Shown: positions 27,054-37,788 of the stretch, piece after piece
Layout: each line of letters starts with the position of its first letter
Numbering within the stretch: position 1 is the stretch's first letter
Assembly (NCBI GenBank): GCA_963677485.1
Contig: OY781964.1
Location: forward strand, 2,560,001 to 2,624,000
Direction: 5' to 3'
DNA length: 64,000 nucleotides
Source of the DNA: Armatimonadota bacterium
GTDB lineage: Bacteria; Armatimonadota; HRBIN16
The notes under the pieces: generated by a model
Database searches by the model: none
What the model saw: the letters and a program-made list of their open reading frames with translations, nothing else
Told to the model about the DNA's origin: nothing
Program-made: the position numbers and the translations under genes

Positions 27054-28649
27054 TTACAGGTCGCCCTGAGCTCCGAAGTTCTGGTCGATGATCACATAGT
27101 CGAACAGGTTCACCAGACCATCGCCATCAAGGTCCGCCATGGCATAGCTCGAGCCGAAATGCGAATCGAGCACCACAAAATCAAACAGGTTGACCATGTT
27201 ATCGCCATCGGCGTCGCCGTTTGTCAGCGCAATGATCTGACCCGAGATGCCATCCACCGTAATGTTACGGAATACCCGCTTCAACCAGTGGCTGCCGTCC
27301 AGGCTAAGGGTATAGGTGCCGACACGCAGCCCCTTGATGCTGCCCTTACCGGAGTGATCCAGGACCAGGCTGCCGGTATAGTTATCGGCTCCGGTCAGGA
27401 TGTAAGTGAGGGTGATATTCTCATAGGCCCCTTTGTATTCACTGCCGGTGGTGATGGTCACATTGAAGCTGGTGGGCTGGTATACGATGAAATCAGTGGC
27501 ACTCTGCACCGATCCGCCTGAGGTGGTCACTTCGATCGGGCCGGTGGTGACACCCTGGGGCAGTGTCGCCTTAATAGTGGCGTCATCCACCACCGTAAAC
27601 TGCGCGTTCCAACCATCAAAACTCACCGATATGGTCCCTGCCGTGCTGGCGTTGGCCAATCCGATGAAGTTCTGGCCTTTGATGGTGATCTCCTGGCCAT
27701 AGCTGCCGGCGGCGGCACCGTCTGGTGTGAACGAGCTAATCAGTGGGGCCGGCACAGTCATCACTTGAAAATTCTTGGAGCTGGCCGCCATACCACCTGC
27801 GGTGCTGACCACGATCGGCCCGGTAGTCACACCTTGTGGCAGAATCACCGTGATCGTGGAGTTATCCACCACTGTGCAGGCCGCACCCCACCCACCGATG
27901 GTGACGCTGGTATCGCCACCGATGTGGTTGCCCACAATCTTGAAGTTGGTGCCTTTGATAGTGATCACCTTGCCGTACTCACCGACGAAGCACTTCTCTG
28001 GCGTGAAGGAACTGATAGTGGGCACAGGAACGGGTATCACCGTAAAATTACTGGCACTGGTAGCCGTACCGCCGGATGTGGTCACAGCAACCTTACCGGT
28101 GCTCACACCTTGCGGCACCGTCGCTTTGATGGTGGTGGCATTAACGATTGTAAAGTCCGCACCCCATCCGCCAATGGTCACATCGGTTGCGCCGCTAAAA
28201 TAGGTGGCGGCCACACTGGCAAAGTTGGTGCCCGTGATCGTGATCTCTTGACCATAATCATCTACATAACCAGTATTGGGTGTGAATGAGCTGACGGTGG
28301 GTGCAGGGATGGGCCGCACCTCGAAATCCTGTGCGCTTGATACGGAGCCACCCGGGGTCGTCACAGTAATAGGCCCTGATATCACCACCTCAGGAAGCAC
28401 CGCCGTGATCTTGGTACTGCTGACCACCGTAAAAACCGCTGGCAGCCCTGTAAAGCTGACCGCCGTGGTTCCGGTGAAGTTGGTGCCGTTGATGGTAATC
28501 TGCTGCCCAAAATCCCCCTCATAGGTGCTTGTAGGCGAAAATGTGCTGATGGTGGGTACTGAGACCGCAAATGCGGGGGCGACAAATAGGCATACTAAAA
28601 GCAGCCAGGCCGGTAAGAAGATGCATTTATGACGATTCATGGACGACAC
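27054..28649 (-). CDS. Secreted IPT/TIG x4 plus dockerin-like protein (paralog of 1532-3166)
   Basis: Same architecture and a near-identical C-terminus GDADGDNMVNLFDFVVLD...FGAQGD. Confidence 0.88.
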   Translation of the reverse strand: MSSMNRHKCIFLPAWLLLVCLFVAPAFAVSVPTISTFSPTSTYEGDFGQQITINGTNFTGTTAVSFTGLPAVFTVVSSTKITAVLPEVVISGPITVTTPGGSVSSAQDFEVRPIPAPTVSSFTPNTGYVDDYGQEITITGTNFASVAATYFSGATDVTIGGWGADFTIVNATTIKATVPQGVSTGKVAVTTSGGTATSASNFTVIPVPVPTISSFTPEKCFVGEYGKVITIKGTNFKIVGNHIGGDTSVTIGGWGAACTVVDNSTITVILPQGVTTGPIVVSTAGGMAASSKNFQVMTVPAPLISSFTPDGAAAGSYGQEITIKGQNFIGLANASTAGTISVSFDGWNAQFTVVDDATIKATLPQGVTTGPIEVTTSGGSVQSATDFIVYQPTSFNVTITTGSEYKGAYENITLTYILTGADNYTGSLVLDHSGKGSIKGLRVGTYTLSLDGSHWLKRVFRNITVDGISGQIIALTNGDADGDNMVNLFDFVVLDSHFGSSYAMADLDGDGLVNLFDYVIIDQNFGAQGDL

Positions 28650-28804
28650 TCCTTCATGGGCAGCAGTGATATCCGTCCATTATGGGCGGTTTCACTATGT
28701 ACGTTCCACTCATATCATACCCGTTGGTGTCACCGGTTTCCATATACAAGCTTCCGCCCGTCTATGCACGGCAGCTCATACTGTAACTGATGCGTTCCAA
28801 ATAT

Positions 28805-28972
28805 TTGCCTAAGTCCGGGGCGGTCTGCGAGTAGGCTAGCGGCTGCAGAAGGCTCGAGACCGCGCCGGTCTGGCGGATAGCCATGAAAGATAGGTGTCGT
28901 GAACAAGACCGGCGCGGTTTATCGACAGCGGGCATCATAGGCTTACTGACAGACCGCCCCGGACATAGCCAA
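28805..28972. mobile_element. ~168-bp MITE-like element
   Basis: Terminal inverted repeats TTGCCTAAGTCCGGGGCGGTCTG / CAGACCGCCCCGGACATAGCCAA. Confidence 0.82.
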
Positions 28973-29044
28973 CCCAGTTACATGCAAGCAAAACCCCTCG
29001 AACGATATAGCCCGAGGGGTTGGGGAGGGAAGCCAGGGGATGCT

Positions 29045-29974
29045 TTACTGGACGGGCTGACCAGTGACTGGATCGTAGACTGGTGCGTTGTTGCAAGAGT
29101 AGGCCTGTTTGCCCCACAGGAAGTTCGCCGGGTTCAGGGTTGTCTCCAGCTTTAAGAACTTGGCATGACCATCGGCGAACACATAGTTGGCTCCGCCGTT
29201 GTGGCGTGATGGGCTAATGTAAGCGATGTGGTGCTGTCCACCTGCGTTGTTGTTCTGCTTGGCGTAGTTGATGGCTCCCAGGGCCTGCGCGAGTGTCAAG
29301 GCATAAACCGGGCCTGTCACACCTTTCTCGCCATCGAACACGGCTCCATTATCACTGACCCCGTTTGTGGGTCGATGGCTTTTGATGGCCGCGCCACCTG
29401 TGGGGCTGCTGTCATTCATGGCTCCAAGCGTATCGGTAATCTCCGCGACCGCGATTACCTCAGCCGGACTGTCGACCGCACTGTTGGTGACCACATTCTG
29501 AGGAATAGCCTCGAACTTTTTGCGGGGCATCAGCAGTTCGTTGGCAATATAGCTCATGCGCCGTGCCTGGACGTCTTGTACACCGGCGGTTTGCGGTGTT
29601 TGCCCGGCGGGAGCATTGCCGCTTGTGAAGTTGGTAGGTGCAAAACCGTGCAGCAGGTGGCTGGGGCATGTCCAAACACCGCTGGCGGAATTCTTCTGTT
29701 TGGTGTAAGGATCAACCAACCCAGTCCACTGAACATAACCGTTGGCGCTGCTGGCCCCGTTGACGTAGTAGTAGGCCATCGGGTAGGTCTCGTCGAAGTC
29801 CTGGGCATACATTGTCACGGCCAGGCCGATTTGTTTCTGGTTGGAAAGGCAGCTTGCCTGCTTCGCCTTTTCGCGTGCCTGGGCAAATACCGGGAACAGG
29901 ATCGCCGCCAGGATCGCGATGATCGCGATCACCACTAGCAGTTCGATCAGGGTGAAGGCGTTTCTCTTGTGCAT
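29045..29974 (-). CDS. Prepilin-type N-terminal cleavage/methylation protein with H-X9-DG motif (DUF1559-like)
   Basis: [32 protein letters not shown]...CLSN; [16 protein letters not shown]. Confidence 0.93.
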   Translation of the reverse strand: MHKRNAFTLIELLVVIAIIAILAAILFPVFAQAREKAKQASCLSNQKQIGLAVTMYAQDFDETYPMAYYYVNGASSANGYVQWTGLVDPYTKQKNSASGVWTCPSHLLHGFAPTNFTSGNAPAGQTPQTAGVQDVQARRMSYIANELLMPRKKFEAIPQNVVTNSAVDSPAEVIAVAEITDTLGAMNDSSPTGGAAIKSHRPTNGVSDNGAVFDGEKGVTGPVYALTLAQALGAINYAKQNNNAGGQHHIAYISPSRHNGGANYVFADGHAKFLKLETTLNPANFLWGKQAYSCNNAPVYDPVTGQPVQ

Positions 29975-30144
29975 CTTAACTCCTCGAAAGCTCATCGTCG
30001 GTCAAAAACTGTCATTGCCTCATGGGCAACAGATACAGCGTATCTAGCCGTTGTTATGCAGCAGTTAAGGTCATGTTAGCGTTCCGTTAAGGCTGGGATG
30101 TACCATATACAGGAGCCATTCGTGACTAGATAAAGGGGATCCAC

Positions 30145-31101
30145 ATGAAACTGCGTCAAACCATCACCATACTCGCGATCATCGCCTCAAGCAACTTGGC
30201 CGCATGGCTGTTGTTTCGAGAGCAAAAGATCCCGACGCAGTGGATCGGCCCCAGCGCATTTTGTGCTGTGACACTGGGCTCACTGATCATCGCGCTCATC
30301 CTGGCGGGAATACAAACCCGATTGGACCGGCTCCACGAACCGGCAGAACGTCGAGAAACCCCTCCAGACGATAACCCATGGACCGCCCAGGTGATGCTGT
30401 TTGGCGGGAGCGACCGCGAAGCGTTGCAGGCAGACCTGTACACGGCCAGCAAACTGGGTGCCGTGAAAGTCGTCGGGAAAAGCATGGAGCTCACTCCGGC
30501 CTCCGCCGAGGTATTGCCCGACCGAATTCAACGGCTTCTGCAGCCGCTGCAGGGCGGTCAGAAGAGCCACTTTGTCTCCACATATGAACTGATTCGCAGA
30601 AAGGCCGCACGGCAGGCAGGCAAGCAGATCAACTATACGGCCAGCTATGTGATGCCAGTGGGATTGTTCGTCCTGATGATGGGGTTAGCGATTGCCGCTC
30701 CTTTGGGTGAAACCACAAAGCCCCTGGTTACTCTACTGAGCTGGATCATCGCCTCCGCACTGTATTTGTCTATTCACACGCTTACCAGTTGGATGATGTG
30801 GACGGCGAAACCCAGGATTGTGGAGGGCCTAACCGCTGGATACTGCGTCTATGTGGTTGCAATGGCGGCGATGCAGGCCCACTGGCCAGACCTGATGCCG
30901 TTCTGGTTCCTGGGATTTATGGCCTCTGTGCTGGGTGGCATCTGGCCGCTCTGCTGGCGTGTGAAGGGCGCTCACCAGAGTGTACAGATGCAGTGGACGG
31001 CCTATTGGAGCTATCTGCGCAGTGTGGCGGCCAGCAATGACCCGGCGGTGCTGGAACGCCACAAGGCGATGCTCATCGCGCTGCATATGCGCCGGATGTA
31101 G
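30145..31101 (+). CDS. Hypothetical multi-pass membrane protein
   Basis: About six hydrophobic segments; AAGGGGA RBS. Confidence 0.7.
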   Translation: MKLRQTITILAIIASSNLAAWLLFREQKIPTQWIGPSAFCAVTLGSLIIALILAGIQTRLDRLHEPAERRETPPDDNPWTAQVMLFGGSDREALQADLYTASKLGAVKVVGKSMELTPASAEVLPDRIQRLLQPLQGGQKSHFVSTYELIRRKAARQAGKQINYTASYVMPVGLFVLMMGLAIAAPLGETTKPLVTLLSWIIASALYLSIHTLTSWMMWTAKPRIVEGLTAGYCVYVVAMAAMQAHWPDLMPFWFLGFMASVLGGIWPLCWRVKGAHQSVQMQWTAYWSYLRSVAASNDPAVLERHKAMLIALHMRRM

Positions 31102-31390
31102 GGGCGGTCGGCGGTGTATGCCCTGGGCGTGGAAACCACGCCCCTACACGTCGCGCGTGCCTGTCTGAACCACGGATTACACGGATTACACGGATAGGAA
31201 CGGATGGGACGGTTATATGTCTGAACCACGGATTACACGGATGGCACAGATAGGTTCAGGCGGAGAGGGAGGCCAATCCGGAGATTGGCGTTCCCAGGTG
31301 AATGCCAACCTTGCGCCATTGTATCTCTGCGCCTTTGCGTTAGAATCCCATCCGTGTCATCGAATTCATCCGTGTAATCCGTGGTTCAGA
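31098..31390. repeat. GTAG-type REP palindrome followed by a mixed repeat-arm cluster
   Basis: GTAGGGGCG...CGCCCCTAC. TCTGAACCACGGATTACACGGAT x2 with a reverse copy ending 31390; reverse copy of the 1110-1135 motif at 31272. Confidence 0.85.
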
Positions 31391-31501
31391 CGAATCCTCG
31401 GCGCGGTCTGGCGGATAGCCCAAGCTACTAGCCCACACACCCACGATTAGGGAAAGCCTGCAAGGAGGTTCCGTGTAGATACTGTTATTGACTCGCAAGC
31501 G

Positions 31502-31669
31502 TTGCCTAAGTCCGGGGCGGTCTGTGCGCAGGCTAGCGGCTACAGACTGCTCAGGACCGCGCCGGTCTGGCGGATAGCCATGATAGATCGGTGTCGGGAA
31601 CAAGACCGGCGCGGTCTATGGACAATGGCGATTGCCAGCGTACCGCCAGACCGCCCCGGACATAGGCAT
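31502..31669. mobile_element. ~168-bp MITE-like element
   Basis: Same TIRs and body as 28805-28972. Confidence 0.82.
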
Positions 31670-31706
31670 AACCGGATGCCCACGAGGGGCATCCGACGTG
31701 CGGACG

Positions 31707-33881
31707 CTACAACCTGATCTTTAGCAGCCGACCGGTGCAGGCCTTCGGCAGCTTGACTGTCAGCACACCGCGGTGCGCATTCCAGCTCCACTGACACTCA
31801 AACCCCTTGCTGGGGTATATCTGCTCGATGCAGGGCTTCTGGCCAGTGAAGTGCTTGAGGGGCAGCTCCAACACCTCGTCGCCCTTCTCCAGACGCCACA
31901 CGGCCAGGATCGCCTCGGTCTTGGCTTCGTTGATCAGTCCGACGCTGGCTTGGGTTTGGTGCTGGATGCCGGTCATGCCGGTCGGCCAGAAGGGGAAACT
32001 CTGGCGGATGAAGCTGCGCAGCTCACGGTAGAGCGATACGCCCTCTTGGATCAGCCCCATGTTGAACTCGTCGGCTTTGTCGATGTGCCCGCTCAGGTAG
32101 AAATTGCCCACCAGGCCGTTGACCACGTTGAACACGGTCTCTTCGCCGTCCGCCATCGTGGCTAGATACTCTGGCGTGTCCAATATCCCAGGGTTGGAGG
32201 TGTTTGGATAAAGCAGCGGATACGGAAACACCCAGTTGCCCAACTGCTCCGGCAGAATGCCGGCCAGCGATCCCACAATGATGCTGGGGCACTTGGTGTA
32301 GTATTCCTGGTCGCTGAAGCTTTGAACATGGAAATGCTTCAGTGCCTCGGGCTCTTCGCGCATCGCTCCCGACCCGCAGTTCTCAATGATCAGCCGGGGG
32401 TGCTTGGCACAGACCTCATCGATGAAGCTGTAGAAAGCGCGGTTGTTCACAATCAGGCCGTGTGCGGCACTGCTGCCCAGGTTGTCTGCTCCAACGCCCA
32501 CACACTCGTTGTAGTCGTTCTTGATGAAGCCTACACCCATGCCCACCAGCATGTCGATCACCCCATGCATATAGGCACGCACTCCCGGGTTGGTCCAGTT
32601 GAAGAAATAGCGGGTCTGACCAAACACACGCTTGCCGTGACGCATCAGGAACCAGTCATCCGGCTTTTTGGCGATCTCGCTGTCGAAGCCGACAATCTCC
32701 ATCTCAAGCCAGATTCCCGGGATCAGCCCCTCCGCTTTGATCTCGTCGAGCAGCCCCTGAAGACCGACCTCGCCAAACCGGTCAGGACTCGGTACCCAGT
32801 CGCCAAGACCGCTGCTCCAGCTAAACCCTGCCTTGCAGAACCAGCCGGCGTCGATGCAGTAGACATCCGATCCGGCCTTCTTGGCCGCTTTGAACAGGGG
32901 ACGCTCGTTCTCCAGGCTGGGGTTCGCCCAGATGGCGTTCATGTAGTCGTTAAAGCAGACCGGCCATTCGCCTTCCCAGGCGTCGACGGGCTTCTGCTGA
33001 CGCTTGTAAATGCTAAGCGCGCGCACGGCCTCTTCAAAGCCACCTTCGGTCACGCCCACCACAGCAGGCGCCGCGGTGAATGTGTCACCGGGTTTCAGCT
33101 CCAGGCTCCAGCCGCAATAACGCTCATCGGCACCATCAAGCTGCAGATACATCCCTGGTCGGCTGCCGTCCCAGTTGCTGTGTGATCCCACTTCGATATG
33201 CCAGTTGTGGCCACCTTCAAGGTGCGCAAAGTAAATCTTGCCCAGTTCGGTGTCTTCAAGCATGATCATGGGCATGTAACGTGCCGTCGACTGACTGCCC
33301 GTTTGTCCTATATGAACCGCTCCGGCGGTTTTGTGCCACTCTGAGACGACATAGAGGCCCAGCTCTTCCAGTGTGTTGGTCTGCCACTGGCCTTCGCCTT
33401 CCCATACGTTGCGGCATGTGTGAACCAGGATGCGCCCTGGGTCATTCCAAGGACGCACGCCATCTGTAGCAAGTCCCGGGAACAGTGCGCTGGAGAGGTG
33501 TGTCATGGTGATGGTTTCGGTGCCGTGGTTGGCGATGGTGGTCAAAACCTGGGTCACCGGTGTGCCCGGGCTGAGTTTGTATTCCACCTTCGCACTGAGT
33601 CCCTTCTCAGCGTAGAGATAATTCAGGATGTAGCCCGAATCGGTCTGCTCCTCGCTCTCAAGAAGAAAATGCCAGGGATATTCGGTCACGCCCGTGTTCA
33701 TGGCATGGCTGAATCCATAACTCTCACCAGCCACTGCCATTGCAAACGGCATCGTGCCGAAACTCTTCCAGATTTCCGAGCCTTTTTCGGTGGTATTGAG
33801 GGTGACCAGCAGTGGGCCGTTGGCCCCGCGGTCAAACTCCATCCGCATACCTTCGTGATCGATTGAATATGTCGACATCAT
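31707..33881 (-). CDS. GH36 alpha-galactosidase
   Basis: YCIDAGWF, LGDW, GIWLEME, FIKNDYN, IIENCGSGAMR and SFSD motifs. Confidence 0.92.
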   Translation of the reverse strand: MMSTYSIDHEGMRMEFDRGANGPLLVTLNTTEKGSEIWKSFGTMPFAMAVAGESYGFSHAMNTGVTEYPWHFLLESEEQTDSGYILNYLYAEKGLSAKVEYKLSPGTPVTQVLTTIANHGTETITMTHLSSALFPGLATDGVRPWNDPGRILVHTCRNVWEGEGQWQTNTLEELGLYVVSEWHKTAGAVHIGQTGSQSTARYMPMIMLEDTELGKIYFAHLEGGHNWHIEVGSHSNWDGSRPGMYLQLDGADERYCGWSLELKPGDTFTAAPAVVGVTEGGFEEAVRALSIYKRQQKPVDAWEGEWPVCFNDYMNAIWANPSLENERPLFKAAKKAGSDVYCIDAGWFCKAGFSWSSGLGDWVPSPDRFGEVGLQGLLDEIKAEGLIPGIWLEMEIVGFDSEIAKKPDDWFLMRHGKRVFGQTRYFFNWTNPGVRAYMHGVIDMLVGMGVGFIKNDYNECVGVGADNLGSSAAHGLIVNNRAFYSFIDEVCAKHPRLIIENCGSGAMREEPEALKHFHVQSFSDQEYYTKCPSIIVGSLAGILPEQLGNWVFPYPLLYPNTSNPGILDTPEYLATMADGEETVFNVVNGLVGNFYLSGHIDKADEFNMGLIQEGVSLYRELRSFIRQSFPFWPTGMTGIQHQTQASVGLINEAKTEAILAVWRLEKGDEVLELPLKHFTGQKPCIEQIYPSKGFECQWSWNAHRGVLTVKLPKACTGRLLKIRL

Positions 33882-33930
33882 AAGTTCTCCTGTGTAGATG
33901 ATTCTATGCTCATGTTACACTAAAATAGTG

Positions 33931-34632
33931 ATGAATACTCAACCCCTCTATCAGGTCCGCCGGAGCACCAGACGGCGCACGTTGAGCATCAAGGTCTCAG
34001 TGGATCATGGTGTAGTAGTCTACGCCCCCGCTCGGACACCGAACACAGATATCGCCCTTTTCGTGCTCAGCAAACGCGAGTGGCTGGCAAAAAGCCTGGA
34101 ACGGATCAACACATACCGCGAAAAGACCAAACGCCCCGCCTTCATGGACAGAACTGAACTTTTATACCGTGGTGTACGCCATCAGCTTCGATTTGATACG
34201 GGATCACCTGCCACGGTGCAGATTCAAGATGGCTGTATTACGGTCACCGCACCACAACAGACCACCCCTGAGGCCTACTACGAGCTGCTCTGGAAGACGC
34301 TGGTCAACTGGTTGCTGCAGGATGCGATGCAGAGCTTAAGCGAAATGCTGAAGCAACGGGCCACGGAGATGGGTGTGAGCTGGCGCATGGCATCGATCAA
34401 GAGCATGAAAAGCCGATGGGGCAGTTGCAGCCGAAACGGCAACATGAGCCTGCACTGGGCATTGATCATGGCCCCGCCCGAGGTGGCTGATTATGTGATA
34501 GTGCACGAGCTGGCCCACCGCACTCACATGAACCACAGCGAGAATTTCTGGAAACTGGTGGCGCAGTTCATTCCCGACTACGCCGTGCATCGAAAATGGT
34601 TGAGGCTGAATGGATGGGAGCTTTTGTTGTGA
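33931..34632 (+). CDS. YgjP/DUF45-like zinc metallohydrolase
   Basis: RRSTRRRTLSI, MKSRWGSCS and DYVIVHELAH..HMNHS..FW motifs. Confidence 0.92.
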   Translation: MNTQPLYQVRRSTRRRTLSIKVSVDHGVVVYAPARTPNTDIALFVLSKREWLAKSLERINTYREKTKRPAFMDRTELLYRGVRHQLRFDTGSPATVQIQDGCITVTAPQQTTPEAYYELLWKTLVNWLLQDAMQSLSEMLKQRATEMGVSWRMASIKSMKSRWGSCSRNGNMSLHWALIMAPPEVADYVIVHELAHRTHMNHSENFWKLVAQFIPDYAVHRKWLRLNGWELLL

Positions 34633-35270
34633 GCGCGCTTCTTAAGTTTAGTGAGTTGAGTTACACCATGGGTGAGTCACGTCGGCTCCGCGTATCTGGC
34701 GAGGCGACCTCTGGCGAGATACTGCAGATCACCGGCCCCAGCGGCTGTGGAAAGAGCACGCTGCTGCGCCTGCTGGCCAGGCTGATCCCGCGGGAGACCG
34801 GCCAGATCACACTGCTGGACCAGCCCGATACCGCCATCAACCCTCTGGTGTGGCGCACCAAAGTGCATTACTTCGCACAAAAGCCGATCATGACCGAGGG
34901 CAGCGTGTGGCAGAACATCCTATACCCCTTCACGCTGAAAATCCGGGCCGACCAGCCCAAACCAGACCGTCACGTTGCCATCCAGCTTCTGCAGAAAATG
35001 GCATTGCCGGCCGAGATTCTGGAGCAGACAGCGGCCTCGCTGAGCTGGGGTGAGAAGCAGCGTGTGGCCCTGGTGCGCAGCCTGCTGATGGAGCCTGTGG
35101 TGATGCTGCTTGACGAACCGACCGCCTCGCTGGACGACGGCTCGCGAGGAGCGATGATGGCATTGGTGGCGGAGTGGCTTTCCGAACGAGATGGCAGATC
35201 GGTGGTGCTGGTGTCACACAACAGCGAGCAGTTGGCCGGGGTTCCACTGAGGGCGTTGAGTTTGGGGTAA
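34629..35270 (+). CDS. ABC transporter ATP-binding protein (FetA/YbbL-like)
   Basis: GPSGCGKST, LSWGEKQR (deviant signature), LLDEPTASLD and VSH. GTG overlaps the upstream TGA. Confidence 0.85.
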   Translation: MSALLKFSELSYTMGESRRLRVSGEATSGEILQITGPSGCGKSTLLRLLARLIPRETGQITLLDQPDTAINPLVWRTKVHYFAQKPIMTEGSVWQNILYPFTLKIRADQPKPDRHVAIQLLQKMALPAEILEQTAASLSWGEKQRVALVRSLLMEPVVMLLDEPTASLDDGSRGAMMALVAEWLSERDGRSVVLVSHNSEQLAGVPLRALSLG

Positions 35271-35344
35271 GGGGCGGGCGAAGCTGAGCTTGTCAGTAAC
35301 TGGTCGTTATAAAGGTTATTCCGGCTAATTGCGACGGGTTCCAT

Positions 35345-35790
35345 CAGCCCGCTAAAGCAGGCCTCATCACCCGTCGCTTATCATCTGGCGGTCCGCTGAA
35401 GCGGACGCGGGCATAATCCCTGCGCCGGCCGGAGCGTAGCGGCGCCGGCCGCTAATGATCAGCCACGCGGTGTGGAAACCCCGTAGGGACGCCAGTCCCG
35501 TGGGGTGACTGAACCCGTGGCCATTTGCCGACATTATCCGTTACACCATGGGCTGCCGTGTCTGCACGGGCGGGTGCTTGTTCCTGACACAAATCATCAT
35601 GGCTAACCGCCAGACCGGCGCGGTCTTGAGTCTTCTGCATCCGCTAGCCTACGCACAGACCGCCCCGGACAGTGGCAACGCTTGGCTGCAATAGAGGCGA
35701 ATAGCCATTCGCATATCGATCTGTCGCCTCAGCGTGACGCATCAGTTGCAGCCTGGGCTGCCGTGTCAACACGGGCATGTGCTTGTCCTT
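35345..35790. repeat. Mixed REP/MITE cluster including a reverse partial MITE copy (about 35573-35678)
   Basis: GTCCGCTGAAGCGGAC palindrome; TGGGCTGCCGTGTC..CACGGGC duplicated at 35549 and 35754; MITE arm. Confidence 0.7.
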
Positions 35791-35940
35791 ATAACTCCGC
35801 GATCGGCACGGTGAGGATGCCAAATATCAGCGGGAGCATGTTACTGCCCGGAGGCCATGGTGGGACGCAAAGTTTGGATACAGGCAGTCATCACCCAGGA
35901 ACTCGTCACGCGGCCGTCGAGTTGTAGGTATAACTGCCTG
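35789..35940 (-). pseudogene. Decayed C-terminal remnant of a DUF4143-type ATPase/nuclease gene
   Basis: Encodes GSNMLPLIFGILTVPIAEL*, homologous to GSTALPLAPGILSVPITEL* at 37313. Confidence 0.55.
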
Positions 35941-35995
35941 CAGTTTCGGTGACACCACGAAGGGGGAGCCTTATCCCGCTCGCATTCCTCCGAGG

Positions 35996-37063
35996 TTATT
36001 TCAAAGAGCTCAGATCGTAGGCGTAGACCCGCCCAGTAGCCGCTTGCTGGATAGTGAACGACCTGAGAGCCAGATCAGCGGGAACATCATAGTAATATCG
36101 AACCCGCATCTCCTGTCCTGGCCCGAGATTGCCGCGTACGGCCTCGTCCTTGCTAGCGAAGAGAGCAGATTCGTTCCACCTTACATCACTACCGTCCTGA
36201 TCGATCAGACGGGGCTTAAATATATTCCATGCGAGTGATCTGTCGCCGGTGCATCCATTTTTCGCTGTCAGTATAGCCACAAAACGCCGCTCTCCCGGCT
36301 TCGGAGCTTTGCCCATGATCGGGGCGTCCGAGAAGCTCACTTCATCTACTTTGACATCAAAATCACGCAACGGGTAAGATTCGCCTATCTGTCCCGGGAC
36401 GGTTTCGAGGGCGGTCGCGCCAGTAGGATCAGCGGGGTCAGCGATCGGCTCGGGCAATGCCTTCACCGGATTGAGGTATTTGCCCTTGGCGTCCTTTTCC
36501 TGCAGGTTGTACCGGAGCACCAGGCGGTCACGTGATTGAATGACGAGTTTTGGCAGTGCGCCTTTTGCAGGCATCATAATCAGCGTGTAGAGCTGAACCT
36601 TCTGACCCGGCTTGAGCGACATGTAGCACTTCGCACCGGTGCCCTCCAAGGCGACATTAGCTACATACCGCAGGTTCTGGTTATTGGCATCTACGCCGAA
36701 TATCTCCAGTGTGCTCCATGCCAACCCGTAGTCGCTTCGGTTTGGATTGTGTAGTGTGTAGTGGAGCATCAGAAACTTCTGATCTCTATTTGTCAGGAAC
36801 ATCCCGTTATCGATGGAGACCTGATCCACAGTATACTCAGCTCTGTCTACGGTCACATTGATAGGCGCAGTTTTACCCAGGGTGTATGTATGGGTAAACA
36901 GTGCGTGATCATTCGCTCCCTGAAGCTGGGTTGTCCCCTTCGTGGCTTGATTCTTGGGGTTCTTCACGGGCGTCTTGGCCGCAAACGACATGCTGCATGC
37001 GAACACTAGAAGCGCGATCAAGATAGACCTGCGCTGCGTGACAGTTGTCTTCATGTTTACCAT
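35996..37063 (-). CDS. Secreted protein with two DUF4352-like Ig-fold domains
   Basis: Signal peptide; two similar halves ending LKPGQKVQLY and LGPGQEMRVRYYYDVP. Confidence 0.7.
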   Translation of the reverse strand: MVNMKTTVTQRRSILIALLVFACSMSFAAKTPVKNPKNQATKGTTQLQGANDHALFTHTYTLGKTAPINVTVDRAEYTVDQVSIDNGMFLTNRDQKFLMLHYTLHNPNRSDYGLAWSTLEIFGVDANNQNLRYVANVALEGTGAKCYMSLKPGQKVQLYTLIMMPAKGALPKLVIQSRDRLVLRYNLQEKDAKGKYLNPVKALPEPIADPADPTGATALETVPGQIGESYPLRDFDVKVDEVSFSDAPIMGKAPKPGERRFVAILTAKNGCTGDRSLAWNIFKPRLIDQDGSDVRWNESALFASKDEAVRGNLGPGQEMRVRYYYDVPADLALRSFTIQQAATGRVYAYDLSSLK

Positions 37064-37312
37064 CCTTATGAGTATAGAACACGGCTGATGATCGTCACTA
37101 TGACACCGATACCCAGGATTCGGCTAAGCCCCATATGGAGTGGTGCCATACCGATGTCAAGATCGACCATAGACTAATCGTACCTGATATGCAAGGCTTA
37201 GTGTGTACAGGATGTTGTGTGGTCGAAAAATCCACATGAAGATGAGATGGTGTGTAGATGGGGCAGTTACCAGACCGCCAATTGAAAATGAGGTTAAGGT
37301 TTGAGCCCCCCA

Positions 37313-37545
37313 TCACAGTTCCGTAATTGGCACACTGAGGATGCCAGGAGCCAACGGGAGCGCAGTGCTGCCCAGATGCACCAGCCAGCCCCGGTCCGTG
37401 CGGTCAGAGTAGTCCTCCATGAAGCTCTTCAGCCCGGAGGCCATGAGGGGCCGTGGGGTGGATGTCGACTTCACCTCAAGAGGGATCAACATCCCCTGTT
37501 GTTCGATCACAAGATCCACTTCGTGGGTGCCTGTCCGGATGCCTG
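37313..37545 (-). pseudogene. C-terminal fragment of an AAA+/DUF4143 protein
   Basis: EVDLVIE...IPLEVKS nuclease-like motif with no ATPase domain upstream. Confidence 0.65.
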
Positions 37546-37788
37546 ATGGCGTTATGTATATGCTAGACCAATACCCGGCAGATTTTACAGAATGCCGATT
37601 AGCTACGTATTTGGTGTAAATTTGCAATCGAAATGCAAATTTACACCAAAACCCACAGGTCAGCAAAAGACTACAACCCACATTTGGTGTATTTTCTGGG
37701 CTGCCCAAGGCGTTAATCGGACGGATTGGACGAATCGGGCGGATATTCACGATTCGCCCGATCCGTCCGATCTCAATAACTCGGTCAC

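Noticed and set aside
29045-29974. Type IV pilus or type II secretion locus
   Set aside because: A solitary prepilin/H-X9-DG gene of a family expanded in such genomes, with no assembly genes nearby.
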